From positions 128,001 to 192,000 of the forward strand of contig CAWFAK010000009.1 in assembly GCA_963813715.1 (NCBI GenBank): 64,000 nucleotides of DNA, in the 5' to 3' direction. Source of the stretch: an uncultured Planctomycetaceae bacterium. Its GTDB lineage: Bacteria > Planctomycetota > Planctomycetia > Planctomycetales > Planctomycetaceae. Shown piece after piece: positions 32,080 to 43,779 of this stretch; position 1 is the stretch's first letter, and every line of letters begins with the position of its first letter. Made by a program: the position numbers and the translations under genes. The notes under the pieces were generated by a model. It made no database searches, was not told where the DNA came from, and saw only the letters and a list, made by a program, of their open reading frames with translations.

Positions 32080-33642
32080 TTACTGGTGCTGGCTCGCGTG
32101 AGCCGGGGCCTTTCCGCTCGACGTGTGCTCCTTGACCCATTGGGCGATCGCCTCCAGGGCCGTCGGCGACATCGTTTCTTCGATCGTCGCGTACTCGCTG
32201 ACGGAGCCGGTTTTGCACGTCTGGAACAGGTGGTTGAGCTTTGGCAGCTCACGCACACTGAAGTCCGCGTTGCCCCCCGCGCGGAGGGCTTTTTCCAGCT
32301 CCGGGATATTTTGTTTGGGCGGTACTTGCATGTCCTTTTCCCCGATCAGGGCGAGCACGGGGCATTTGACCTGCGTGAGCGCAGGACGAGGATCGTACGC
32401 GAGAAAGAAGCGGAACCACGGCAGGCTGATCATCTTCGCACTCTCTTCGGCGGACGCCTCCCCCGCGCCTGCCTGCGCCCGTTCGGCGGGCTTGAGCGCG
32501 GCGGAATACTCGGCCCAGGCCGCCTTCACCTTCTGCTTGAGGGCCGCCGGCTCAAGCTTGTCTTTGGCCAGAGTGTAGAGTCTCTTCTGCAACACCTTTG
32601 TCTGGGCAATCATGGTCTCAGAGGCCCCACCCTCTTTCAGGATGAACTCCATCTGCAACATGATGATCTCGTCGCCGGGCAGGGCGGGGCCGGCCATCAG
32701 CACGATAAACGCGACGTCGTGCGAACGGTTGGCCACCATCGGGGCGATCTCGCCCCCCTCGCTGTGACCGATAAGACCGATCTGGTGCGGGTCGATGTCA
32801 GATCGCGTCTTCAGGTATTCGACCCCGGCCAGGACATCGCCGGCGAAGTCTTCGCTGGTGGCGTGCATTACGTCGCCGGTCGAACCGCCGACGCCGCGAT
32901 CGTCCACTCGCAGAACGGCGATGCCGCGCCGCGTTAGATAATCAGCGATCACCGCGAAGGGGCGATGGCCCATGATCTGCTCGTCGCGATCCTGCTGGCC
33001 TGAGCCGGTGATCAAGAGCACGACTGGGAAACGCCCCGAACCGCGGGGGATCGTCAGGGTGCCCGTGAATTTCGCGTGGGCCGCTTTGTTCTCGTAGGTC
33101 ACTTCCTCGGCTTGATAGGGGTACGGCGGATGCGGGTTTTGCGGCCGCTTGCGGGCTTCCGGCGCGCGATCGGTCTTTTTGAACACGATCGGCAGTTGGG
33201 CCATCCCCTGCTTGAACTTGGCCGTGATCTCCGTCCCCGCATCGTTCAAGGTTCCGTCGATGTTCAACAGGAATTTCTTGAACGAGATGTGCACGGCATT
33301 GCCTTTGAGCGTGACCTCGTCGACGGCATGGGCGACGGCGTCCTGATCAAGGCTGTTGAGCGTGCCGGTGTATGACCCGTCGGGCTTGGCGGTGACCGCG
33401 ACGGCGAGTCGCAAACTGACGGCCCCGACTTTGAGCGTCCCCAGCCAATTCCCGGCCAGTGAATGCTTGGCCGCGCTAGCCGCGAGCGGGTTCGCGACGA
33501 GGGGATTACCGGCAGGCGGATTCTTGGCGGGCGGATTCTCGCCCTCATTCTCGGCGGCGCCGACGGCCGTCCGACAAAAGAACATCGCGCCGAGCACGAG
33601 CGCGGACAACTGCCAAACACGTTTTTGCCTCATTGGGCCCAT
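32080..33642 (-). CDS. Secreted alpha/beta hydrolase (S9/S33-like)
   Basis: GSGQQDRDE, DDRGVGGS, GHSEGG, GEKDMQV, LNHLFQ. Confidence 0.9.
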   Translation of the reverse strand: MGPMRQKRVWQLSALVLGAMFFCRTAVGAAENEGENPPAKNPPAGNPLVANPLAASAAKHSLAGNWLGTLKVGAVSLRLAVAVTAKPDGSYTGTLNSLDQDAVAHAVDEVTLKGNAVHISFKKFLLNIDGTLNDAGTEITAKFKQGMAQLPIVFKKTDRAPEARKRPQNPHPPYPYQAEEVTYENKAAHAKFTGTLTIPRGSGRFPVVLLITGSGQQDRDEQIMGHRPFAVIADYLTRRGIAVLRVDDRGVGGSTGDVMHATSEDFAGDVLAGVEYLKTRSDIDPHQIGLIGHSEGGEIAPMVANRSHDVAFIVLMAGPALPGDEIIMLQMEFILKEGGASETMIAQTKVLQKRLYTLAKDKLEPAALKQKVKAAWAEYSAALKPAERAQAGAGEASAEESAKMISLPWFRFFLAYDPRPALTQVKCPVLALIGEKDMQVPPKQNIPELEKALRAGGNADFSVRELPKLNHLFQTCKTGSVSEYATIEETMSPTALEAIAQWVKEHTSSGKAPAHASQHQ

Positions 33643-33733
33643 CTCCTCGTGTTGAGAATCTCGAACGATTGAATCAGCAACATCAGATCATGAATCGTGT
33701 TCTGAGTGGTTCCGCAGCCCGTCGGTTGCCGTG

Positions 33734-35205
33734 TCACGGTTTGCCGGACGGCTTAACCGGCGGTTTGACCGGGCTGTCCGAACTCGGCTTGCCGGCGGTC
33801 GGCAGGCGAATCGGGAAGCAGCGGTCGCCCTTGGTGTCGTTCCGTTGCAGATCGACGCAGACCTTGCCGTCGTCGTCCACCTGGTCGACCCACACGCTCC
33901 ACAGCAAGCCGCCCTCGGCACGAGTCTTCCCGCGCCGGTAATGGAAGGGCTCTCCTTTGCCGAACGGGTCAGCCGGGATCGTTTTGAGATAGCCGACCTT
34001 CACCAGTTCTCCGAGATCCGCCGGCAGCGCGCCGTGCTCCCGCACGTAAAGCTCCAGCGCCAGGGCCAGAATCACCGCGCTGCGTCGCGCCTCCTCGCGA
34101 TCGACGGAGTCCACGAGCGCCAGACCGGCGGGAAGGACAGTGCCCAGGAACAGTGCGCTCGGCCCCCGGCCTGAGAGGCCGCATTGATCTTGGATTTCTT
34201 CGGCCGAAAGGGAGCCGGCTGGGGCGCTCGCCTCGCGCTCATAGAGATCCGGCGGCCCCTTGACGACAGCCGGCCGACGAAAACGCGGGCGATCGACCGG
34301 TCCCAGCCAGTTGGCAAAGACCACTCGAAGCGAATGGTGCGCGTGTTCGCGAACGCCGAATACGTTGAACACCGTGGCGACCCCTCCCATCTCGGCCTCG
34401 AACTGATCGAAACTGTTGACGACAAGCAAGTATTCCGCCTTCAGGCAATCGGACGTTGGCGGAGTCAGCGCCTCGATGGCGAGTGTGTCGTTGAGCGCCA
34501 GGCGCAGTTGGGCTGCCGACAACTCCGGTCGCGCCGACCAGGCAATGATCGGCTCGGTCGCCGTCGCCTGCATCACACTGCCGACCATTCGGCCGATCAT
34601 TCCGGTGTGCGTGCCGACGTGGCGGCTCGAACGGAGCACGGCCCGATACCAATTCCATGCCTCGCCCACGTGTCCCTCGGCGGACAGGCGTGACGCCTCA
34701 AGCAGCGCCAGCCGCGCGAATTCCCGACCGCTTCCCAGAGCGGGCGAACTCAACGTCGAGACGGTCGCCACCCCCGGCGGAATATCCAAGTAGCCGTCGA
34801 GTTGGCTCCCCTCCTTCCAGACGTCCATCGCCTTGCGGTTGACGGTCAACCAATTGCGGACGTCTGCGTTCGCCAGGCTCCAATCCTCGACCGCCTGTTC
34901 GCGGTTTTGCTCGAACGTTTTCGACGCCTCCGGCGTTTTGAGCAGCGAGCTCTCCGCAACGAAGAGCGGGGCTGCCGTGCGATAGACCTTGTCCGCATTC
35001 TTCGCGTCGTCCACCTTGACGGCCTTGAAGGCGTCAATGTCGAACGGCTCGACGTCGGGCGACCCGCTCTTCACACGCTGATAGACGCCGGACGCCACCA
35101 TCAACAGCAAGACGCCGAAGAGCAGCACGGCCGCCCACTTCACAATGCGGCGGACCGGATGCGGGTGGGGATCGGAGATGGGCTGGACGTTGGCGCAAGC
35201 GACAT
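33734..35205 (-). CDS. Membrane-anchored helical protein with GspG-like C-terminal motif; probable start ATG 35205 via an indel
   Basis: N-terminal TM; ALELYVREHGALPADLGELV...DPFG...YRR...WSV..DQVDDDG. Confidence 0.65.
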
Positions 35206-35374
35206 CGGCGCAGATTTCAAGCGGCCAGTTGGGGGGTCAATGAAAATGGGCGCAATGAAAAGCTTACTTCGGTCGGTAACGAACTACCAACGCCTGCGGA
35301 TCACCGGTTTTTGGCAAATTCCTAAATGAGTGCCTCCGTTGCCCCTGAATGACGCCCTTCAATGCGAAACTCGT

Positions 35375-36867
35375 TCAATCGACCAGATATTCGCGGCGGC
35401 AAACTTTGAAGGCCGCGTGAGCTGCGTCGCCCCACGAGTAGGGATACTTTTCCCATCGCTCGCGGTTTTCCTGATCTTGCTCGACCAAGCGCTCCACAAT
35501 TGCGGCTATGGTCTGCGACGGTGGCAAAGGCATCGACCCGGTACTGATGAACTTATCCAGGCAGCGGCGATGCGCAGCCAGAACTTCCTCCGCTCCACCG
35601 GCCGACAACACGCATCGACGGCTGACGTTCGGTCGCCTAAGCTTGCGGTATTCACGGGTGTTCGAAGTGACATGGCGGCGTCCGTCCTGGAATCGAGTCG
35701 AAACCAAGAGCACTGCTCGGGGCGGAAAGTAAAACAGCCTCTCGGTCCTGTGCAGCAGTCCCACCGCAATGAGCGCGTCGTCGGTCACGTAATAACGAAT
35801 TCCTCGGTCGGGTTGTCCAGACCCTTTGGCGGTCAGGTCGCAAACGTGGCGGGCGCCGAAATCTTTCAGTTCGGTCGTGTACTTGAAGAGCGTCGGACTC
35901 TCGACCGTTGAGAGATCGATCTGCTGGTACTCGATTGGAGCCGAGTGAAGCGCGCCGAAGGTCTTTCGCATCTGCGTGAAATAGCGACGCATCAGCGCGA
36001 ATTTGAGCCAGGCGACTCGTCCCGCAATCGTAAGCGCCGAGACGACTCCGACCACGCAGGGGAGCGCGATCAATGGAAAATCGCGAGCGCAAAAGAGGGC
36101 CAACGTCGAGAGGCCGACGGCAACCAACAGGGGAACACCGAGGCGACGGGTGAAAGCGGCCGGGCCTCGCTCATCCATCGTCTCCACTTGACGGCGAAGC
36201 AGCCGCATGACTCGGCGCTCGTCCCCCTGCGAAATAAATAGATCTGGGCACTCACCGCGGAAGTGCTCGTGCGCTTGCCTGGCCGCAACATCACGCGGAC
36301 CGGAGCCGGATTGCTTGAGATACAAATCGAATGCCTGCATCAGTCGAGTTTCATGCAACCAGCGAGTCAGGCGGAGGCCCATCGCGATGCCCTGGTCGAG
36401 CCCCTCCTGCCAGACGGCTTTCAACAGCAAGGCGCCGTCTGCGGCGCGCCGCACAAGACGAGCGTCGTCACCGCCTGTTCCGGATGGTTTCTCGAATTCT
36501 TCACGAACCCGCGAAAGGTCATTCGCAATAGCAGGCAAGCCTGCTTGATCTCCGGCGCCACCAGAAGGTCTCGCCATAGAATGATCTGAGAGGGATATTC
36601 GACCGTTTCGGCCGGGTCGACCGCGGTGACGTGATCCGGATCTGTGTCGTCAAACACGGCCTCGGGCACCCGCGCGGACAACGATCGAATCAGCTCTTTC
36701 CGCCGCTGTTGCGGGAAGGAGAAGATCCAGGCCGCGATCTGAAACTCGCCCGACTGCTCGGCATCAATTGCGTTGGCAAGGAACCACCGGCGCAACATGT
36801 CTGCCAGCACAGCCAGATCGCTGGCTGACAACAGGCGATCCACGAACTTATCGCGAAGGATTTCCAT
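35375..36867 (-). CDS. Hypothetical two-TM membrane protein, indel near 36570
   Basis: Overlapping ORFs 36421..36867 and 35375..36577. Confidence 0.6.
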
Positions 36868-37024
36868 CGCAGGGCATTATGCGCAAAGCGAGTCATGCTT
36901 TCCCGGGTCAATTTCGGCTTGGTTTTGCGGAATTTGACGGTTGTAGCGACCAGAGCGCGATGGTCGCCGCATCCGCCGTTCGCCCGGGCTGACCTATAGT
37001 TGGTCAACCCATTCGGCGAAGAGC

Positions 37025-38497
37025 ATGCGAAACGGCCCGACCGATCAACGACCATCGTCTGCGGCAGACATTTTTGGATGTCTGTCGCTCGTGGCGCTGG
37101 TGCTCTTTGTCTTCCTGCCGACGGTGGGCTACGGCTTCGTCAACTGGGACGACCCCTGGTACGTCCTCGACAACCCGTTGATCACGAGTTGGCGGCCGTC
37201 CAACCTGATCGAGATCGCCACCCGGCCGGCCGTGCGGAATTACGCTCCGCTCACGATGTTCGGCTACTTGATCGAACACTCGCTCTGGGGGACGTGGGCC
37301 GGCGGTTATCACCTCGTCAATGTGCTCTTGCACACCGTCAACGCGGTGCTGGTTTACGTCCTGTTGCGGCAACTGACGTCGAGCCGGTTTATCGCCTGGA
37401 TGACCGCGGCCCTCTTCGCCGTGCATCCCGTGCAAGTCGAGACCGTCGCCTGGATCTCGTCGTTCAAGGGGGTCCTGTCGGCCACGTTCATTCTGGCGAG
37501 CCTGATTTGCTGGCTACGACCGCAACCCTCGCCCCGCAACGAGGCGTGGGCCGTTGTCTTTCATGCGCTGGGACTGCTGGCCAAGGCGGTGGCGATTATG
37601 CTGCCCGCCGTCGTTTTCTGTTACGACGTGCTCGTGGCCGGCAAACGCGCGGCGGACGCGGCAGCGCGGCAGATCGTGCCGTGCCTGCTGGCGGGTCTGG
37701 TGCTCTTGGTGACGATGTCGGCCCAGACCTCCGTGCTGGGCGGAGTGCGCGACCACTTGCACTGGAGCAAGGCCCGCGTGGCCGCGTTCGACACGGTCGT
37801 CCTGTGGGACTACGTGGGCCTCTTGGTTTGGCCGCGCGATCTGTGCGTGCTCTACGATCCGCCAACGATCGGGATTGCCGGAGCCATCGCGCTGGCGGGC
37901 GTCGGCTGGCTGGCGGTCGCGGCCGGTGCCTGGACTTTGCGGCGGCAGTTTCCGCTGTTTGTCGTGGGGCTGGTAGCGTTTGTCGCGCTGTTGTTTCCCG
38001 TGCTCAACTTCTTCCCGATCACGACATTGATGAACGATCGCTATCTGTACCTGCCGTCGATTCCCATCTTTGCACTGATGGCCGCCGGCCTTGAGCAGAT
38101 TTACGTCGCGGGGCGCGTGCAAATCTCGCGCTTCGCGACGAACGCTGGCGCCGCAGGCGACTCGGACCGTCCTTCCGAGAGACGGCCCGTGCGAGTGCTC
38201 GCGCGGTCGCTGGCGGCGGCCGCCGGCGGCGTGCTCTTGTGCGGCTACCTCACGGCGACACACGATCGTCTGCCGGTTTGGCGCAATGACCAGTCCCTGT
38301 GGGCCGACGCCGTCGCCAAATCCGCCAGTTTGCCCGTGGTCCGCATCCAATGGGCCCAGTCGCTCTACGCCTCGCATCACCCGAGCGAGGCACTGGCCGT
38401 CCTGCAGCGGACCCTGCTCGACACCCGTCCCGACGCGGCCGACCGCGAGCGGATCCAGGCGACGATTACCGACTGGAAGCGGGCCAGCGTGAATTAA
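37025..38497 (+). CDS. TMTC-like GT-C membrane glycosyltransferase with a very short TPR-like tail
   Basis: FVNWDDPWYVLDNP, YHLVNVLLH, LFAVHPVQVETVAWIS, DRYLYLP, WRNDQSLW. Confidence 0.8.
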   Translation: MRNGPTDQRPSSAADIFGCLSLVALVLFVFLPTVGYGFVNWDDPWYVLDNPLITSWRPSNLIEIATRPAVRNYAPLTMFGYLIEHSLWGTWAGGYHLVNVLLHTVNAVLVYVLLRQLTSSRFIAWMTAALFAVHPVQVETVAWISSFKGVLSATFILASLICWLRPQPSPRNEAWAVVFHALGLLAKAVAIMLPAVVFCYDVLVAGKRAADAAARQIVPCLLAGLVLLVTMSAQTSVLGGVRDHLHWSKARVAAFDTVVLWDYVGLLVWPRDLCVLYDPPTIGIAGAIALAGVGWLAVAAGAWTLRRQFPLFVVGLVAFVALLFPVLNFFPITTLMNDRYLYLPSIPIFALMAAGLEQIYVAGRVQISRFATNAGAAGDSDRPSERRPVRVLARSLAAAAGGVLLCGYLTATHDRLPVWRNDQSLWADAVAKSASLPVVRIQWAQSLYASHHPSEALAVLQRTLLDTRPDAADRERIQATITDWKRASVN

Positions 38498-38577
38498 GTC
38501 GATCCGGCCAGCCTCAATTCATTCTCGCGGCCGTGGTCCGCAACAAGCGACTGCAAAACCGCCTGCGGCCTGCCAGC

Positions 38578-40642
38578 CTACTGTTGCAACTCCGCAACGG
38601 CCTTCGATTCGAGGAACGGCAAATCGAAGTGCGGGGCGCTGGCGACAATTTTCGGGTCAACGTGACTCAACAAGATCGCGTAGTCGCTGATGGGGTCGTT
38701 GTCGGTGATCACCGGCGCATCGATTTTCGGCAGCAGCACCACCCTCTGCAGCTGACCCCGTGCGGCAAGAATTTTGTCGAGGCAGGGGATTTTGCCGGCA
38801 ATTTTTTTCGCCGCCAGGGGATCAAACAGAGCTGGTAAGTCGGCATCCGTCGAGATGACCATGGGAAGCTCCGGGAAAATCCAAACGTGGCGGAACACCT
38901 CCTGCGCGGTTGCGAAATAGGCCGTGCTATAGGCCTGCGAAATGAACACGCCATCGGGCTCGAGGTGCGATTTGACCAAGCGGATAAATTCCAACGACTT
39001 CACCGCGGTGCAACCACGCAGCCCGTCGTCTCCCGTAATTTCGACGATCACGTTGTACCGATCGTGATCGAGAGAGAGAGCAAGCCGTCCATCCATCACA
39101 ACTGGCGGATTGCTGTGGATGATGTTGGAGCTGACCTCGGGATGCCGGCTCCAGAACCTGGACACGGCCGGACTGTAGTCCAGGTTCATGATCTTACTGT
39201 CGGGCAATAGCTTGACGAGGCCGCCATTGGAGATCCCCGCGCCGACACCGACGTAGAAAATCCGGCTGTTTTTCTTCAGCATGGCAGGGATCAACATCTG
39301 CTGCGTTCGGTATCCGCCACAGATCTTATGGATCGCTGGTGACTGCATCCGACCACTGACAAGATAGTCCTCTCCGGCAAGCCAGGTCGAGATGCCCCAA
39401 TCCTCGTCGGCTTCCACCGGTCCTTGCGTTCTTGCTGAGGTCGCGGTAATACGCCTGCGAAGAGCCCAGCGCAAAGATTGCCAGCGCCGGCAACGCGAAC
39501 GCGAATCGGCGCGAGTAGAAGACCGTCCCGACCAGGACGGCAAGGGCGGTTCCGATCGCGGGGATCTGCACGAAAGAGAGCCGCAGCACTTCGGGTAGCA
39601 ACACCGTTGCGGCGAGCCCGCCGAGAAATGTGCCGGCGAGATTGGACGCGTAAACCATGCCGGCCTGACGGGCATTCAGGCTCTTGCTCTCGCAGTGGAT
39701 CGCGCCGAAGTACCAGCCGCTGAACAGCACGGGGATGAAAAGCAGCTGTGCGTGCTCACGACCAAGCATAAAGAAGGCGGCGCCCAGCGAGAGTGCCAGC
39801 GCGCCTAAGATCCATCCCGAAGACACACGAATGATCAGTGCCAGGCAATTGCCAACCGCCCAGGCCACGAGGATGAACGCAAGGACGATGCTGAACAGCC
39901 AATAGGCGTCAGGCTCGACGAGTCCGAAATGCCGAAACAGGACGACTTGATAAGAGAAGCCGATGAAGCCGGCCGCGAACAACAGGGCCGCGGCGCGCGA
40001 CACCGGACCGGAACCTGAAGAGGCCACGACAGGCTGGGGCCGGACGAACAGCGGCAGCAGGCCCGCACAAACATAGAAGACCGACGCGACCAGCACCATG
40101 TGAGAAAGCGACAGGCTTGGGAGAAGGTAGACACTCAATCCGCATCCCGTGGCGGCCCCCAGCGTGTTGGTCATCAAAACGAGAATCGCCGTACGATTGG
40201 AGCCGCCCAGCGTCGCGAACGCGGCGGGATAATTGGCTCCCATAAACACCGCCAGCGTTCCGCAGGTCAGCAGAAGCAGGCCGAACAGAACCGCATAATA
40301 GGAACCGATCCCAATGTTCCATCCCATCACGCCATCAAGCAGCCAACAGAATGCGGGAATGAAAGCTGGCAAGATGCAGGCGCAGGCCAACTCGACGGAG
40401 ATCCACACTCGGCGCGGCCACCGGCTGCGACCGCCGAGAAGGGCGCCCAGGGCAATGCCCGCAATAAAGGCGAACGAGATCGCCGACGAGATGAAGGCAT
40501 CCGCGCCGCCGGAATGTATGGCGACATAGCGTTGGATGGCGCACTGGGCCGTGAGCGATCCAGCTCCGGAGAAGAAGAGGGAAAGTAAACCGATCAGCAT
40601 CGCTCGAACGTGAGCGTCTCTCGTCACTTCTTGCCCCGTCAT
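38578..40642 (-). CDS. Multi-TM membrane protein fused to a spermidine-synthase-like SAM-binding domain, indel near 39420
   Basis: About 12 TMs (FMGANYP, NTLGAATG, YASNLAG), then YVGVGAGIS, DGR, YNVIV, HLEPDGVF, ITDNDP. Confidence 0.75.
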
Positions 40643-40823
40643 AATGTGACATTCCAAGCGGCCGCGGGCGAAATGGATCTTCGAAGATCGATTTCCATCG
40701 CGCGGGCGATATTCGGGTCGTCGATTAATTTGAGTGGCGCGAGCACTTCGTCAACCAGAGCGCCGCCATCGACGGCCGAGCGCCCGAATGGTCCTGTTGG
40801 CGGCAACCTCATCTCGGAGACAT

Positions 40824-43634
40824 TCATCGTACGGCTTCCGCCGCATCGACGACGACCGGAAGGGTTAACGTGCGTCGACCCAGGGCATCAAGAAACCGCA
40901 AGGAGGGAAAATCGATCGCGCTCAAATCAGTTTTTGGCGGCAGCACGAGACGCAGCGATTGATCAGTGCCGCCGATGTCGATCGGCCCAGTTGCGGCCGG
41001 CAACAGCAAATGATCGGCGTTATCGATCAGCTTCAGACAGCCGGATTCGTGCCCGGCCGTCGACTTCAAGACTTGGGCCCCCGGGTTCCGGGCCAGGTCG
41101 ACCAACTCGACCGCGGCAACCTCCTGCAGCTTCGGCGCAGCCGGCAGTCGCAAGAACAGGGTCGGAACGGGAGCGGCCTCGCCTGCAGCTCGTCGCTGAA
41201 AGGCGCAGTCATAAAGGGCGAGGTCGGCGCGGTTCTTGCGCACCAGCAACCGCGTGGGTCCGACGCGTCCGAGAAGTTGGAACTGCGCGGAAATAAAATC
41301 GAGAAACTTCATCTTTGGCGGAACGGGGTTCCAGGGATTCGGGTTGTCGATAAACAAGAGGCGGGGGCAGTCGCGGTGCGCCTGAAGCAAACGCTCGTCG
41401 TCGACCGGGTCCATCTGCGCCCAGAGATTGCTGATCGGCACAACGTCGCTCGCGGGACGCTGCTCGGCCCAAAAATGCAGGCTTTCGAGGCCGAATCGGG
41501 CGAAGACGCAATCCGATGAGTGGCGCACGTTTGTCGCTAGAAACGTGCAATAGACTGCGTCGCGTTCCGGCATCCGCGTCCAATGACAGCCGGGCAGGTC
41601 CAGCGGAATGAGCGAGCGATATTCTTCCTCCGCGTCGATCATCGACACCAGCCCGATCAGCAGTGCCGCCGCCAGTAAAACGGCGTTTGCCTTTGCGGGC
41701 AGCGCGCCCACGCCGGCTCTCAGTCGATGGAAGAGGCCCAGCTCGCCGCCCACGTCCACCAGTAGCGCGAGCGCGATTCCCACCATCAAAAAGACCGCAA
41801 AGTGAAAAGGTCGTCCGGCCAGGTGCACAACCGGCAGCAAGTGCAACAACTCCAGACAAGCGCCCGCGACCAGCCCCAAGCGCACATAGTCTCTCAATCC
41901 TTCGGCCGCCTGACCCGGCGATTGGATCAAAATCAGCCAGCAGAGCGGCAATGTCAATCGGAGCCAGGTCATGTCCCAGGGGGGCGCGGTCAGCATGCCT
42001 GCGACAATCCACCCGCAAAGAATGGCCTTAAGCGGCACCAGAAATTTGCGAATCGAGGGCTCGAATTGCAGCGCAAGCAGCCCGCGCCCGCGGTCAGCAA
42101 GGCCCAGAGCGACGTGACGCTGAGAAGAGTCCACTCGACACCGAAGATTTCATAGGTGCGGGTCCGCATCGAGGCGACCGCGACGGCAATCACGGCCGCT
42201 CGCTTGAGCGCCGGTGCAATGGACTCAAACAGGTTGGGTTGCCGGGCTGCGAGATCGCGCACTTCTTGATAAACATCGAGCGCCAACACAACTGCGACGA
42301 TCGGCAATACCAGGCTGCCAATCAGGACCTGGCTGCCGGTCACCGGAAAGATTTGTAACGGTTGCAGACACGCGGTGAAGCACAAGAACAATCGAAAAAA
42401 CCAAGTCCGCTCGTCCAGATCACGTCCTGCCGGAGGCACGAGCAACAACCACACGAGGGGCAAGCCGAGCGACAGCGGCAGGAAGACTTCGTGATTCCGC
42501 GATGCGGCAATTAAGAAAACCATCACACAAGCGACGATCCGCAGGGGGGCCAACAACAGGGTCCAAGATGGCGTGCGCCCCAGGGCCGCAAACCCCAGGA
42601 CAGTCGCGGCGGAGACCCACACCAGCCCAAACGTCGAGACCGGCAGAGGGGTGCCGACCGGGGCACTCGCAAAATTGCGGTAGGTTCGCAGAAAGAGCGC
42701 ATTGGACATGCCCGCGAGCGTATTGCCCTGCCAGAGCGCAAAGCCAACCATCGGCCCTGCGACCAGCAGACCGCCCAGTCCGCACCACAGGATTTCCTTG
42801 AGCCCCACCGTGCCCGGGGGCACACGGACGCACGCGAGGGCAAGGCCGGGCAGCAGGCGCAAGTCACCAAAAAACAAAAGCCCCCGTATCCGTCGCCGAA
42901 ACGCGATCTCATCAACATCAAGGGCAGAGCCACGGTGGCGCAGCGCTCGCGCACCTCAGCAGGTACCAGAGCCGGGAGGACCGCGGTGTGAGCGTCAGCA
43001 GTGTGAGCGCCAATCCGAGCAGGTAGAAAACGCCCACGTTCACCTTGGTCAAAGCCATCGCCGCGCCGAGCCCGCCGAGCACGAGCAGGGCAATTCTTCG
43101 GCGCTCCATCGTCGCTGCCACGTAGAGAGCGGCGGCCAACAGCAGTGCAACCACTTCCTGGGGGTGCCCCGGCTCACGGCTCAATACGAAGAGCTGGCAG
43201 ACCGAGAGGATCCACACCAATGCGGTGAGGCCTACTCGCGAGGCAACACGCCCCGCCAATCGTGACGCGGTCATGGCCAACAGCAGCGTCGTCAGCAGCC
43301 AGGTGACAAGCGACTCGATCCTCAGGGCGTCATTGCCGAGGGGAACGCGCAGCACGCCGAAGACCAGCCAGCGCAGGAACAGATAGAAAGGGCCATAGAG
43401 ACAGTTCACCCGGTCATAAATGGTGTGCCCGTCCAGCATGTGCTGAACGAACAGCAGCACGACGCCCTCGTCATCGTACGGCACAATGCAGATGAACGCG
43501 GAAAAGCAGGCGAAAGAGACGCCACTAAGCACCGCTCCCAAGACCAGCGCCGCTGTCAGAAAACGACTGATCGGGATTCCTGATCTTGTGGCCGTGGACG
43601 GAAAGGGCGGCTGCAACGAAGCGTGGGCCGTCAT
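40824..43634 (-). CDS. Large GT-C-like polytopic membrane protein, paralog A (3 indels)
   Basis: YDDEG after TM1, YGP, EPGHPQE, TKVNVGVF; collinear with the neighbour 43780..46632. Confidence 0.7.
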
Positions 43635-43779
43635 TGAGGATCGCTCGTTGCGGCGGAGGGAACGTCGATCGGACGTGTCGAGTCGGGGCCGATGGTATGG
43701 AAATCCATTATTCGAGCGTGCGCAATGGTTGTCAAACGCCGATCCGCTGCGCCGACGCGAGCAGCGCAGCGTCGTTCGC

